From assembly GCA_947652375.1 (NCBI GenBank), contig CANTCS010000001.1, forward strand, positions 824 through 64,823: a DNA stretch of 64,000 nt. The letters run 5' to 3'. The position numbers and the translations under genes were made by a program. The notes beneath the pieces are model-generated. The model worked only from the letters and a program-made list of their open reading frames with translations. It was not told where the DNA came from and did no database searches. This DNA is from an uncultured Mollicutes bacterium. Its GTDB lineage: Bacteria > Bacillota_I > Bacilli_A > RF39 > UBA660. Below are positions 8,708-18,386 of the stretch, piece after piece (positions within the stretch are counted from its first letter, which is position 1; each line of letters opens with the position of its first letter).

Positions 8708-11700
8708 CTATTCATCTGATGTCATTTTAATAAGTGTTGCTTTTCCTTTTTTTATGATATATCCAAATCCAGGATCTAATTCTTGTCTTAAAATTCGTGA
8801 ATTTGTTGTTACTTTTAGAGTAAATTGATTCCCTATACCATTACCTAACCATATACCCTCAGATAAATCAACATTGGACTTATACCAAGGTTCAAAACTA
8901 ATGCTTTTTATTTTATCAATTGTTTCTATGATAATAAATTTGATATTGTTTAATTTTTTAGAGTCTGTAATTAAAGATATAAATTTTCCTTTTTCGATGG
9001 CACTTAATTTTGTTAATAATGATTCGATATTAAAAATTATACAAATAGTTGTTTGTGACTGATTATTTTGAGAAATAATTTCACTTAATTTATCTATACT
9101 CTTATAACAAGTATCTTTACTATAGAAAACTTTACTATTATTTGGATCATTTATAATACTGTTACTATCAAAAATTATACAATTGGTATTAGGCACTACT
9201 AAAAATGCTTTTATTAAACTTTTATAAAAATATATATCTGTTGAGATATCATCACCTGTTATATTGAATATAAATTTTTCTTTTAAATTAAATGTTTCTA
9301 TTAAAAGACTTTCTTTTGCTATTCCTACTGGAATATTTTCAAGAGTTCCAAGTTTATTTTTTACAAAGTCTAGTGATACAATTTCAGGTAAAACAGGTAT
9401 CTTTTCAGCTTTATATTCACAGATTTTATTTAGTTTATCACATATTACTTTTATATAATCAGTCATTTTTTCTTCTACATAACTATAGGCTGTTTGAAAT
9501 TCAAAAATTGAATCTAACAGTATTAAACCACGACCATAAGTCTTTGATGGCTCTTTTTTTCTAACTCCGGGAATTACAGCTGAGTAATCCATAGGATCAT
9601 TAAATTGAAGTACTACGTTTTGTTTAAAATTTTGTCTTAAACGATACCTTATAGTACTTGGTCCGTTTGTACTAAGAATAAATACAACTCCATATTTTAA
9701 ACAGTCTCTAGTCATCTGACCCATTAATTCTTCATATTCATTATAGGTTTCTAAAAATGCTTCTACATTATTTATAACTATAACTATCATTGGAATTTGT
9801 TTTCCACCATGTTTAATATAAAAATCGTATGAACCATTATAATCTACAAATATTTTTTTTCTTTCTTCAATAATTTTATCTAGCATTTTAAATAAGTTAG
9901 AAATTTTTTCAATATCAGTAGATAGTATTACCTCTCCAATATGTGGGGCATTTTTAAACATTGTTAGTGTTTCGGCCCCAAAATCTAAGATATAGAAAGT
10001 AATTTCTTTAGAATCATGAGTAGATATTGTTGAATAAATAATACTTGATAACATTAATTCTTTTCCACTACCTGCTGATCCAAATATTATGGTGTTTCCC
10101 TCTGTTGATAATGGTAAAGTTAAGATATTCTGTGATTGATTATCAGGGTCATCGTATTCTCCAATAATTGGATTTATAACATTTTTAGTTGTTTGATAGT
10201 TATATTTTTCTTTTAATTTATCAATATAAATTATGTTGGGAATTCTATCTAACCATAATTGTTCTATAATAATACTTTCTTTTTTAGATTCTTCTATTAT
10301 ATATTTTATAATATTTGTGATTTCTTCTCCTTTAGATTCAACAATAATATCGTTTTCTTTAGGATCTAATGATTTTATTGTTGAGCCTACATTATCTATT
10401 ATGTTTATAGTTTGATCAACTTTTTTCTTTCTTTTTTCAGTAGGATAGTATTGAGCTCCAGCCCAAGCAGCTTGTCCCATAGCAAATAATTCATTATACC
10501 CTACTTGCAAATAAAATCTTCCTGTTGTTTTTAATTCTGCAGCATCAGGACACTTTATCATATCCATACTATCTGATTTATCTTGTACTCTTAAACAAAC
10601 GCGAAATTTGGAATTGGACCAAATTTGATCATTAACAACTCCGCTTGGTTTTTGGGTTGCTAAAATAAGATGCACTCCTAATGAACGTCCTATACGTGCT
10701 GTTGAAATTAATTGATCCATAAATTCGGGTCTTTGATCTTTTAATTCAGCAAATTCATCAGAGATTATAAATAAATGGGAAATTGGCTTACTTACAAGTC
10801 CTCTTCGATATAGGCTTTGATACTTATAAATATCAATAGTACTTTCATTTAGTTTATCTCGTGCTTCATTAAAAATTCTTTGTCTTTTTCTTAATTCACT
10901 TTGAATAGAAGCTAAAGATCTATTCATTTCAACTGTATCTAAATTAGTTATAGTTCCAGCTAAATGTGGTAATTTTATTCCACTTTCTTTATTTTCAAAT
11001 GCTCCAGTTAAGCCTCCACCCTTATAATCTATAAGAACAAATGAGACTTCATATGGATGATAATTTAGGGCCATTGATAAAATATAAGTAATAATAAATT
11101 CTGATTTACCTGATCCTGTCATACCTGCAATTAACCCATGAGGACCGTGTGATTTTTCATGTAAATCTAATTTAAATAATTCACGGGATTTATCTAGTCC
11201 TACTGGAACTTGTAATGACTTAGTTGGGTCATTATTTTTCCATCTATTTAAAATATTTAATTGTTCGATCATTCCAACATTATACATTTCAAGAAATGAA
11301 ACGCTTGATGGTAGACTTCTACTTTCCTTAGTAATATCAATTGGAATATTAGCTATTATTTTGCAACATTCATATAAGTTTAAAGTTGGATCAAAATCTG
11401 CATTAAACTCTTTTTGCTTATTAGAGACTAATTCGTTTTCAAAAACACCAGACTTCTTATCACCAATACTTATAAATGTTTTACATTCATTTGGTAGATT
11501 AACTAGTCTTGGACTAATTACAATTAAACTAAATCCATAATTTATAGGCATTTCTGAGACGTCTTTAACTAATTCAACATCACGTACTAATTTATAATCG
11601 TCGGTTATTATCATATAATATGGTTTATAATGATGATAATCAGCTCCATTTAATTCCATTTTTCCATTATTATCTTTATATTTGCGAGATTTAATTTCTT

Positions 11701-13276
11701 TTTCTAATTCTAAAGATATTTCTTTTGCTTCATCTAAATTACTTGCAAAAAATCTTATTTTCCGATTATTACTCCAATTATGAGGAGCAATTTTGAGATA
11801 TTCCCAATTACTAACATTTTGTTCATTTGTTAATACAACTATTTTTAAATCTTCGTAACTATGATAAGTTATCATTTGAAGAATTAATCCATCGATGAAT
11901 TGTTTTTTATTAGAAGCGTTTCCAATTATAGCAGTATTATTTTTTTGGATAAAATTTAAAGATATAGGAACATTTTCAAGGGTTCTAGATGATGCTCCTA
12001 CTTTATAAACTTCTTCTAGTAGATTATCACTTTTCAAAGAAAAGTGTTCTTCGGGAATATTAATTTTTCCACGTAATTCAGTAGAGCCTACACCTAATCT
12101 TAAATCTAAAAAGTCTGCTTGATCTATTTCTCTTTCCCATAGATTCCTTTTTTTCTGATATACTATTTCTTTCGTTTCGGTTAAAGGTAGATAATTATCA
12201 ATTAAAATTTGACGTTGAATTTTCATTTCAGTTTGAATTTTTTCTTTTTTGGATTCTAAATAATGCATATATTTAGTTTGACGCTCAGTTTCTTTTTTCT
12301 TTCTCTGTTTTCTTTGATAAATTCTTTGTAGATTAGGCCATAGTAACATTGTAGAAAGCATTGCTCCTGACATTAAAAGTGATGGTAAGGCAGCTCCAAT
12401 ATCAACTGAACCATTTATAACACCCATCAAAGAATTGTATCCCATCATTACTGACATCATTGCCATTGTTAACATTGGTCCAATTGTATAAATTGCAGGC
12501 ATTTTTTCTTCTTCTTCTTTTCCTGGTGGGGGATCTATAGATATAATTGTTTCTTCTATTCCTGTTTTAAATCTAGGTGCTCTATAAAAATAATCATCTT
12601 CTTTATAAAACTCAATTACTTCTTCATCAGGATTATCAAATAAAACTTGTGTTTGAATAATAGGTGATACTCTCTCAAAATACGAATAATTTATATGTAA
12701 AAAAGTTGGAACATTATTTATTATAAATGAGTCTTTCATTACTATTATTTTTAATCCTAAAATAAAAATAATATCTCCATATTCTAAAGATTGAGCTGTT
12801 ATGGCTTTATTATTTACATAAGTTCCATATTTACTATTTAGATCTTGTATTATCCATTTTCCATTATTATAGATTAGACGGGCATGTTGACGAGATATTA
12901 ATGGATAATTATAACAAATATGACTTCTATTATCATTTCCAATTATTAATTCATTTATATTATTTAATTTTAAATGTTCTGTATTGTTTTCTACTACAGG
13001 TGAACAGTAAAGTATTACATATTCATTATCTGTATTTATTTTTAAAAAATATAATCCATATTCTCTTAAAATGGCTGATTCGACTTCATTCTCTCCTGAC
13101 ATTATTTTTGTTTCGAAATCACTTTTTATTTTCCATTTTCCATTATCTTCTTCCACATTAATTAAATTTCTAGTGTTTCCTAAATAGTCATTATCTGTTA
13201 TCCAATAATTTCCAGATATTTTTGTAGGTAAGACAAAATTAAATATTTTTTTCTTTTTGATTAATCTAACTATCAT
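8708..13276 (-). CDS. essC: Type VII secretion ATPase EssC (FHA domains, TM, FtsK/SpoIIIE ATPase domains)
   Basis: FHA (ISRQHA..DLNSKYGTYVN), RAPR, TM pair, HGPHGLIAGMTGSGKSE, DYKGG, DEFAEL, GRSLGVHLILATQKP. Second Walker A is GSAGSGKE; third ATPase domain degenerate. Confidence 0.95.
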   Translation of the reverse strand: MIVRLIKKKKIFNFVLPTKISGNYWITDNDYLGNTRNLINVEEDNGKWKIKSDFETKIMSGENEVESAILREYGLYFLKINTDNEYVILYCSPVVENNTEHLKLNNINELIIGNDNRSHICYNYPLISRQHARLIYNNGKWIIQDLNSKYGTYVNNKAITAQSLEYGDIIFILGLKIIVMKDSFIINNVPTFLHINYSYFERVSPIIQTQVLFDNPDEEVIEFYKEDDYFYRAPRFKTGIEETIISIDPPPGKEEEEKMPAIYTIGPMLTMAMMSVMMGYNSLMGVINGSVDIGAALPSLLMSGAMLSTMLLWPNLQRIYQRKQRKKKETERQTKYMHYLESKKEKIQTEMKIQRQILIDNYLPLTETKEIVYQKKRNLWEREIDQADFLDLRLGVGSTELRGKINIPEEHFSLKSDNLLEEVYKVGASSRTLENVPISLNFIQKNNTAIIGNASNKKQFIDGLILQMITYHSYEDLKIVVLTNEQNVSNWEYLKIAPHNWSNNRKIRFFASNLDEAKEISLELEKEIKSRKYKDNNGKMELNGADYHHYKPYYMIITDDYKLVRDVELVKDVSEMPINYGFSLIVISPRLVNLPNECKTFISIGDKKSGVFENELVSNKQKEFNADFDPTLNLYECCKIIANIPIDITKESRSLPSSVSFLEMYNVGMIEQLNILNRWKNNDPTKSLQVPVGLDKSRELFKLDLHEKSHGPHGLIAGMTGSGKSEFIITYILSMALNYHPYEVSFVLIDYKGGGLTGAFENKESGIKLPHLAGTITNLDTVEMNRSLASIQSELRKRQRIFNEARDKLNESTIDIYKYQSLYRRGLVSKPISHLFIISDEFAELKDQRPEFMDQLISTARIGRSLGVHLILATQKPSGVVNDQIWSNSKFRVCLRVQDKSDSMDMIKCPDAAELKTTGRFYLQVGYNELFAMGQAAWAGAQYYPTEKRKKKVDQTINIIDNVGSTIKSLDPKENDIIVESKGEEITNIIKYIIEESKKESIIIEQLWLDRIPNIIYIDKLKEKYNYQTTKNVINPIIGEYDDPDNQSQNILTLPLSTEGNTIIFGSAGSGKELMLSSIIYSTISTHDSKEITFYILDFGAETLTMFKNAPHIGEVILSTDIEKISNLFKMLDKIIEERKKIFVDYNGSYDFYIKHGGKQIPMIVIVINNVEAFLETYNEYEELMGQMTRDCLKYGVVFILSTNGPSTIRYRLRQNFKQNVVLQFNDPMDYSAVIPGVRKKEPSKTYGRGLILLDSIFEFQTAYSYVEEKMTDYIKVICDKLNKICEYKAEKIPVLPEIVSLDFVKNKLGTLENIPVGIAKESLLIETFNLKEKFIFNITGDDISTDIYFYKSLIKAFLVVPNTNCIIFDSNSIINDPNNSKVFYSKDTCYKSIDKLSEIISQNNQSQTTICIIFNIESLLTKLSAIEKGKFISLITDSKKLNNIKFIIIETIDKIKSISFEPWYKSNVDLSEGIWLGNGIGNQFTLKVTTNSRILRQELDPGFGYIIKKGKATLIKMTSDE

Positions 13277-13309
13277 TAGAAATCACCCCGTATTATTCTA
13301 ATATATATT

Positions 13310-13338
13310 ATTATATCTTTTTTTAGTTTTTTTTACAA
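13310..13338 (-). promoter_or_regulatory. SigA-type promoter of essC operon
   Basis: TTGTAA-17 bp-TATAAT on minus strand. Confidence 0.5.
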
Positions 13339-13530
13339 TATTTTTATTTACTTTAGAAGTAGAATTAAATTTAATTTAAATTAGTATTTTTTTGTTTAGA
13401 ATAATAATTTTTTATTAATAATAATTTCAATTTCTAAATTATAAGATAAATAACTACATAGTTTCTCATTTTTTAGGCTTATACCTATACTTTATTATTA
13501 TTTTAGAATACTTTATATTGGTGATATATA

Positions 13531-14328
13531 ATGATTGATTATTTTTTAAATTTAACGCCAATTTGGCAAGCTTTATTAGCTGGATTTTTTACATTTATTG
13601 TTACTTCTTTAGGGGCTGCTGTTGTATTTGTATTTAAATCAGTAAATAAAAATATTATGGATTCAATGTTAGCTTTATCTGCAGGGATTATGTTATCCGC
13701 ATCATTTTTTTCTTTATTAAATCCTGCTGTTGAAATAGCAACTGAGTTAAAATTAAATGTTTGGTTAGTTGTTTTTGCAGGAATAATGATTGGTGGTATT
13801 TTACTATATGGTGGGGATAAAGTCTTAGAGTATTTTTCTAAAAATAAAGATAGTGAAAGTTTGAGTCTTAGAAGATGTGCAATGCTATTTACTTCTATTA
13901 CTTTACATAATATTCCAGAGGGATTAGTAGTTGGTGTAGCTTTTGGAGCTATTGCATTTGGAATAGATAATGCTACTGTATTTTCTGCTATTAGTTTAAC
14001 TGTTGGTATTGCAATTCAAAACTTTCCAGAGGGGAGTGCTATTAGTCTACCACTTAGAAGAGAGGGGTTATCTAGATTTAAATCATTTATGTTTGCAATG
14101 CTTAGTGGATTAGTCGAACCAATTGCAGCTATTATTGGGGCTCTTCTTGTTATGAAGATACAAATTTTATTACCATTTATTTTATCTTTTGCTGCTGGAG
14201 CAATGATATTTGTTATTTCGATGGAATTAATTCCTGAGAGTCAAAGTAATAAGAAAAAAGACCTAATGGCCTTCTTAACATTACTTGGATTTGCTATTAT
14301 GATGATTCTAGAGATTGTATTAGGTTAG
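13531..14328 (+). CDS. ZIP family metal transporter (ZupT/GufA-like)
   Basis: ITLHNIPEGL, IAIQNFPEG, FAAGAMIFV...ELIPE. Confidence 0.92.
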   Translation: MIDYFLNLTPIWQALLAGFFTFIVTSLGAAVVFVFKSVNKNIMDSMLALSAGIMLSASFFSLLNPAVEIATELKLNVWLVVFAGIMIGGILLYGGDKVLEYFSKNKDSESLSLRRCAMLFTSITLHNIPEGLVVGVAFGAIAFGIDNATVFSAISLTVGIAIQNFPEGSAISLPLRREGLSRFKSFMFAMLSGLVEPIAAIIGALLVMKIQILLPFILSFAAGAMIFVISMELIPESQSNKKKDLMAFLTLLGFAIMMILEIVLG

Positions 14329-15015
14329 TTCTTTAATAATTAGCTTTTGATTTTCTTTTAAATATACTCCATATAAATCAGTTTTGGGTGCTGTAAATGT
14401 TAAAATATCTTTAAGATTAAGCTCTTCATCGGGCTTTTCTTTTTGCTCATCATCAGGAATAGGGACTGGTTCTTTGTTGTTGTCTGAATTATCCACAGGT
14501 GGTGGAGATATTTTTTTAAACTGATATGAAAAATTATTTAATATTTTAATTGTATCATCGATCCACAAACAATTTTCTGGACGTTCTCCATTATCAATAC
14601 TCCAATATCCAGCTGCGTTTTTATGCCATCCACTATTACTAAATTTTCCTCTACCACATTCCATATGACAATGATTTCCTGACGCATTACCTTTAGTTCC
14701 TTCATGATAAAAAACTTCGCCCTTTTTAATAACTTTCCCAACAAATAAATCTTCAACATTATTATCATGGGCAAAAAGCATTGTTAAATAATCGACTGTG
14801 CCATCAGGATATTCTACTTTGTCTATACTTTCTAACCAAACTTCATTTGCATCAGTTTTATAGATTTTTTTTATTATCCCAGTAAATGGAGCATAAACTT
14901 CACTAATTCCTGAGTCTTTCCCAGCGTTATCTATTGCATAACTATTTTTATGGGTACCTTCATTATATCCTTGAGTAATACGCATATATTCACTGGGAAA
15001 TAATGGTTTTTCCAT
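14320..15015 (-). CDS. M23 family peptidoglycan endopeptidase (endolysin-like, no signal peptide)
   Basis: ITQGY..GTH....AID, VYAPFTG, FAH, GNASGNHCH (HxH); Pro/acidic linker. Confidence 0.8.
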   Translation of the reverse strand: MEKPLFPSEYMRITQGYNEGTHKNSYAIDNAGKDSGISEVYAPFTGIIKKIYKTDANEVWLESIDKVEYPDGTVDYLTMLFAHDNNVEDLFVGKVIKKGEVFYHEGTKGNASGNHCHMECGRGKFSNSGWHKNAAGYWSIDNGERPENCLWIDDTIKILNNFSYQFKKISPPPVDNSDNNKEPVPIPDDEQKEKPDEELNLKDILTFTAPKTDLYGVYLKENQKLIIKELT

Positions 15016-15016
15016 T

Positions 15017-15355
15017 TTATTTTTCCTCCTTGTTTATTATATTTTCAGGTGATATTGTAATTTTCTTTTTTGTAACTAATTCTCTATGAGGTGTTATTTT
15101 TCCTTCTAAAGATTTATAGATAGTATCAGCTCCTAAAAATGAGAAAAGTCCTACCCACAAACTGCTTGGGAATTTTATATCTGTAAAAGTTATACAAAAA
15201 ATTATTCCAATAGATAAATTTACAATAAATGAATATAAAGAAAGATATTTACTTGTTTTAAAAAGTTTTTTTGTTTTTTGTATAAAGGCACAAGTTATAG
15301 TACTTAGTGCTATAGCAATAATAAGCATTCTTTGTAAATATTCTAAATCTAACAT
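15017..15355 (-). CDS. Holin-like small membrane protein
   Basis: 112 aa, three hydrophobic segments, LWVGLFSFLGAD.IYK.LEGK, charged C-tail; SD GGAGG; 1 nt before the M23 gene. Confidence 0.65.
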   Translation of the reverse strand: MLDLEYLQRMLIIAIALSTITCAFIQKTKKLFKTSKYLSLYSFIVNLSIGIIFCITFTDIKFPSSLWVGLFSFLGADTIYKSLEGKITPHRELVTKKKITISPENIINKEEK

Positions 15356-15855
15356 AGATACCTCCTCTTAGTATTTTATGCAATAGATTAAAGATTGCTA
15401 CTAAAATGATGTTATGTTTCTTTGCCAATATTTAGTTTTAAAAATAAAAATCTTCTTATAATTTTAGAAAAAACAAAAATTAGAAAATAATTTTTTAACT
15501 ATAAATATTTTTTTGGATATACATGAATATAAATATTTTTTTGTTTATTTTACAGTTTTTTATCGTAATGTTTATATATATTTTTATTGTTGTATTTAAA
15601 TTGTAATTTTTAAAGATTTACTACTATTTTTAATTGATTAAAATATTTATGTTTTTGGTAGAAATTTTATATAAAATTGTAAATTAACGTTTATAAAATA
15701 AATGGCATAATTATTTTATAGATAAGAATAAATATATTATTGTTACTTATATTTTATATGTCAAAATAAAAAATCTTAAAGATATTAGTTGCAAATTTTA
15801 TAAAATAATAAATTTTATAACTAAGAAAGGCAATAGAATTATTACCTTAAAAATT

Positions 15856-15885
15856 TGTGTATTATGTGTGTATTGTGTGTGTATT
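15856..15885. repeat. Three TGTGTATT direct repeats at 11-bp period
   Basis: Copies start at 15856, 15867 and 15878. Confidence 0.75.
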
Positions 15886-15924
15886 ATAGATAGGGTTTCA
15901 TGAAGCTTCACAGTATCTTTAAAC

Positions 15925-15959
15925 AAAAGAAAACCTCGAAAACATGGTGTTTCCGAGGT
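15925..15959 (-). terminator. Hairpin/terminator downstream of rpsI
   Basis: ACCTCG-a-AAACA tgg TGTTT-c-CGAGGT followed by a U-rich tract on the minus strand. Confidence 0.7.
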
Positions 15960-15977
15960 ATAACTGTAGATATATAA

Positions 15978-16403
15978 TTATCTCTTTGAGAATTGTGGAG
16001 CACGACGTGCTTTCTTTAATCCTGGTTTCTTACGTTCTTTCTTACGTGAATCTCTTGTAATAAATCCTGCAACTTTAAGAGTTTTTCTAAAACTATTTTC
16101 TGAATCAGTTGGAGTTGTTTTATCATAATCTAGAAGAGCTCTAGTAATTCCTAAACGAATTGCTCCTGTTTGCCCTTGAAATCCTCCACCTTTTACTTTT
16201 GCATCTACGTCAAACATCTCTTTTGTATTTGTTAAATCAAGTGGTTGACTTAAATCCATTACACATATTTTAGAAGGAAAGTATTCATTTACATCTCTTC
16301 CATTAACAGTAATTTTTCCTGTTCCTGGTGTTAATGTTACTCTTGCAACACTAGACTTTCTGTGCCCTGTACCAGTATAAACATTTTTCTTATCTTTTGC
16401 CAT
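15978..16403 (-). CDS. rpsI: 30S ribosomal protein S9
   Basis: [12 protein letters not shown]; C-terminal [19 protein letters not shown]. Confidence 0.98.
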   Translation of the reverse strand: MAKDKKNVYTGTGHRKSSVARVTLTPGTGKITVNGRDVNEYFPSKICVMDLSQPLDLTNTKEMFDVDAKVKGGGFQGQTGAIRLGITRALLDYDKTTPTDSENSFRKTLKVAGFITRDSRKKERKKPGLKKARRAPQFSKR

Positions 16404-16415
16404 TACTTTACCCTC

Positions 16416-16847
16416 CTAATTTAGCTCAAGCACTTCTGGCTTTTGTGCCTCTTGTTTGTGCTCATTTCCTGCATATACGAATAATTTTTTTGCCATTTGT
16501 CTTCCAAGTCTATTATGTGGAAGCATACCTTTTACGGCTCTTTCCATCATTTCAATTGGATATTTTTCTCTCATAGTTTTTGCAGTTCTTTCTCTTAATC
16601 CACCTAAATATTGTGAATGGTTATAATACATTTTATTTTCAAGCTTATTTCCAGTTAAATTAACTTTTTCAGCATTGATGATAATAATATTATCTCCGCA
16701 ATCAATATGTGGTGTATAAGTAGGTTTGTGCTTTCCACGTAAGTATTTTGCTGCTAAAGAAGCGACTCTTCCTAATGATTTACCATCAGCATCAATAACA
16801 TACCATTTACGTTCTACAGTTTCTTTTTTTTGCATATAACTTGTCAT
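16416..16847 (-). CDS. rplM: 50S ribosomal protein L13
   Basis: [23 protein letters not shown]. Confidence 0.98.
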   Translation of the reverse strand: MTSYMQKKETVERKWYVIDADGKSLGRVASLAAKYLRGKHKPTYTPHIDCGDNIIIINAEKVNLTGNKLENKMYYNHSQYLGGLRERTAKTMREKYPIEMMERAVKGMLPHNRLGRQMAKKLFVYAGNEHKQEAQKPEVLELN

Positions 16848-16861
16848 ATTTTTCTCCTTTT

Positions 16862-16915
16862 ACTTAAATTAAGCTTTCCCACGGCCTAATTTATGTGGGG
16901 ATATTTAAATGTACC
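16862..16915 (-). promoter_or_regulatory. L13 leader-type cis-regulatory RNA
   Basis: CCCAC...GTGGG hairpin (16878-16899) in the rplM 5' UTR. Confidence 0.6.
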
Positions 16916-16922
16916 AATTGTG

Positions 16923-16951
16923 ATTATACTAAAAAAAGTATTTAAAATCAA
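16923..16951 (-). promoter_or_regulatory. SigA promoter of rplM-rpsI
   Basis: TTGATT-17 bp-TATAAT. Confidence 0.65.
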
Positions 16952-16967
16952 TACTTTTCTTTATATT

Positions 16968-17291
16968 TTATATGGTTTTTGTTGTTTTTTTATTATTTTT
17001 TGCTTTTTCTAATAAATCTAGTTGAGCTAAAGCTTCAGTTAATTCTTCATCAGATAGAGAATTAATATATGCTGAGCAATATTTATTATAAATTTCTTTA
17101 ACATTACGATCATTTGCTGCTCCATTTAGCGAAGCTGTTGTTGTTGGAGCAGTTGTAATTGTTGTTGCTATTGCCTGTTTTTTATTATCAATTTTACCAT
17201 TATCATCTAATGTTGATGCTGTTACTCCAAGTGCAGTTGATGTTTCAAGTCCAGTTGTAGTTGAATTATCTGTAAAAATAGATGTTGTCAT
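16968..17291 (-). CDS. Hypothetical Thr-rich protein
   Basis: SD GGAGGT; ATGA overlap with upstream gene; low-complexity N-half. Confidence 0.7.
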   Translation of the reverse strand: MTTSIFTDNSTTTGLETSTALGVTASTLDDNGKIDNKKQAIATTITTAPTTTASLNGAANDRNVKEIYNKYCSAYINSLSDEELTEALAQLDLLEKAKNNKKTTKTI

Positions 17292-18286
17292 ATTTTATAC
17301 CTCCCTCTTTGTATATCTAAATGCCTTGTTGCTAATTGACTTTCTAATAAATCTCTTAATTGTTTTATTTGGTCAATATTAGTTGTACTTTCAATTATTT
17401 CTATTATACTAGGTAGTTCATCTTGTTGAGAAATTTTATCATAAATTAGTTCTGATGCATCATTGTATTTTTTTATAAACTTTTCTAGTTTAATTTCCTC
17501 TATTGTTTTTAAAGATTCTTCTTTGTCTTTTAATCTAGTTATATTATAATTTTGGATATTAATACACTCAAAATTAATCGCTACACCTATAATTTCATTT
17601 AATAGAAAAATTAAGAAATAAGATTGTCCCAATAAAATTAATGTTAAATATAAAGGAATAAATATTGTATTTTTTGTAAGATTTCTAATATGAACTTTTT
17701 TATTCCATTCTAAATACATACTAATTTCTGTAGGTTTATTAGGATTTATATGATAATTTCTGTTTTTTTCAAAATTAAGTTCTTGACGTGTGTACATTTT
17801 TGAAAATTTAGATATTATTTTTAATTTTTCGATTTTTTCATGAGAACTTAATCCTTTGAGAATATTTTCATTTTTATAATATTTATCATAAAATTCAAGA
17901 ATTTTTGGGTTAAATGATTTTATCTTTTTTCTAAGATTTTGGATTTTTTCTTCATAAAAATTTGATGTTTTTTCTTTTAAAACAGTAAATTTGTCGTAAC
18001 TTTTTAAAAATTGTGGATGATGTTTTTCTATTTTTTCTCTTGCTGTAGCTTTTTTCTTTATTCTTTTTATTTTTCTTTCTATTTTATTGTCTATAAACTT
18101 ATCGTAATATTTAAGATAATTTGGAAAACATTTTTTTATAATTTTAAACTTCCATTTTTCTACTTTAAAAACCACTTTTTGGAACTTTAATGCTCCTAAT
18201 TTCTTATATAATTTAATTTGATCTTCATAATCATTTTTACTTGTGTGTAAATCTTTATCATCTAATTCTTTATTTATATTAGACAT
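17288..18286 (-). CDS. Hypothetical membrane protein with weak CrtO-like motifs
   Basis: LYKKLGALKF, central TM hairpin, INIQNYNITRL resembling the CrtO-family IIIQRYNRPRL motif. Confidence 0.55.
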   Translation of the reverse strand: MSNINKELDDKDLHTSKNDYEDQIKLYKKLGALKFQKVVFKVEKWKFKIIKKCFPNYLKYYDKFIDNKIERKIKRIKKKATAREKIEKHHPQFLKSYDKFTVLKEKTSNFYEEKIQNLRKKIKSFNPKILEFYDKYYKNENILKGLSSHEKIEKLKIISKFSKMYTRQELNFEKNRNYHINPNKPTEISMYLEWNKKVHIRNLTKNTIFIPLYLTLILLGQSYFLIFLLNEIIGVAINFECINIQNYNITRLKDKEESLKTIEEIKLEKFIKKYNDASELIYDKISQQDELPSIIEIIESTTNIDQIKQLRDLLESQLATRHLDIQRGRYKI

Positions 18287-18386
18287 TATACTTTCCCCTA
18301 ACCATTTAAAATTTGGTTTGTATTATATCATAATATAATAATTTTTGCAAATTTTACTTACTCTACTGGATACTTTTATAAATATT

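Noticed and set aside
13474-13487. TAGG-cttata-CCTA upstream of the ZIP transporter as a metal-regulator operator
   Set aside because: Only a 4-bp inverted repeat with atypical spacing; not distinguishable from chance.
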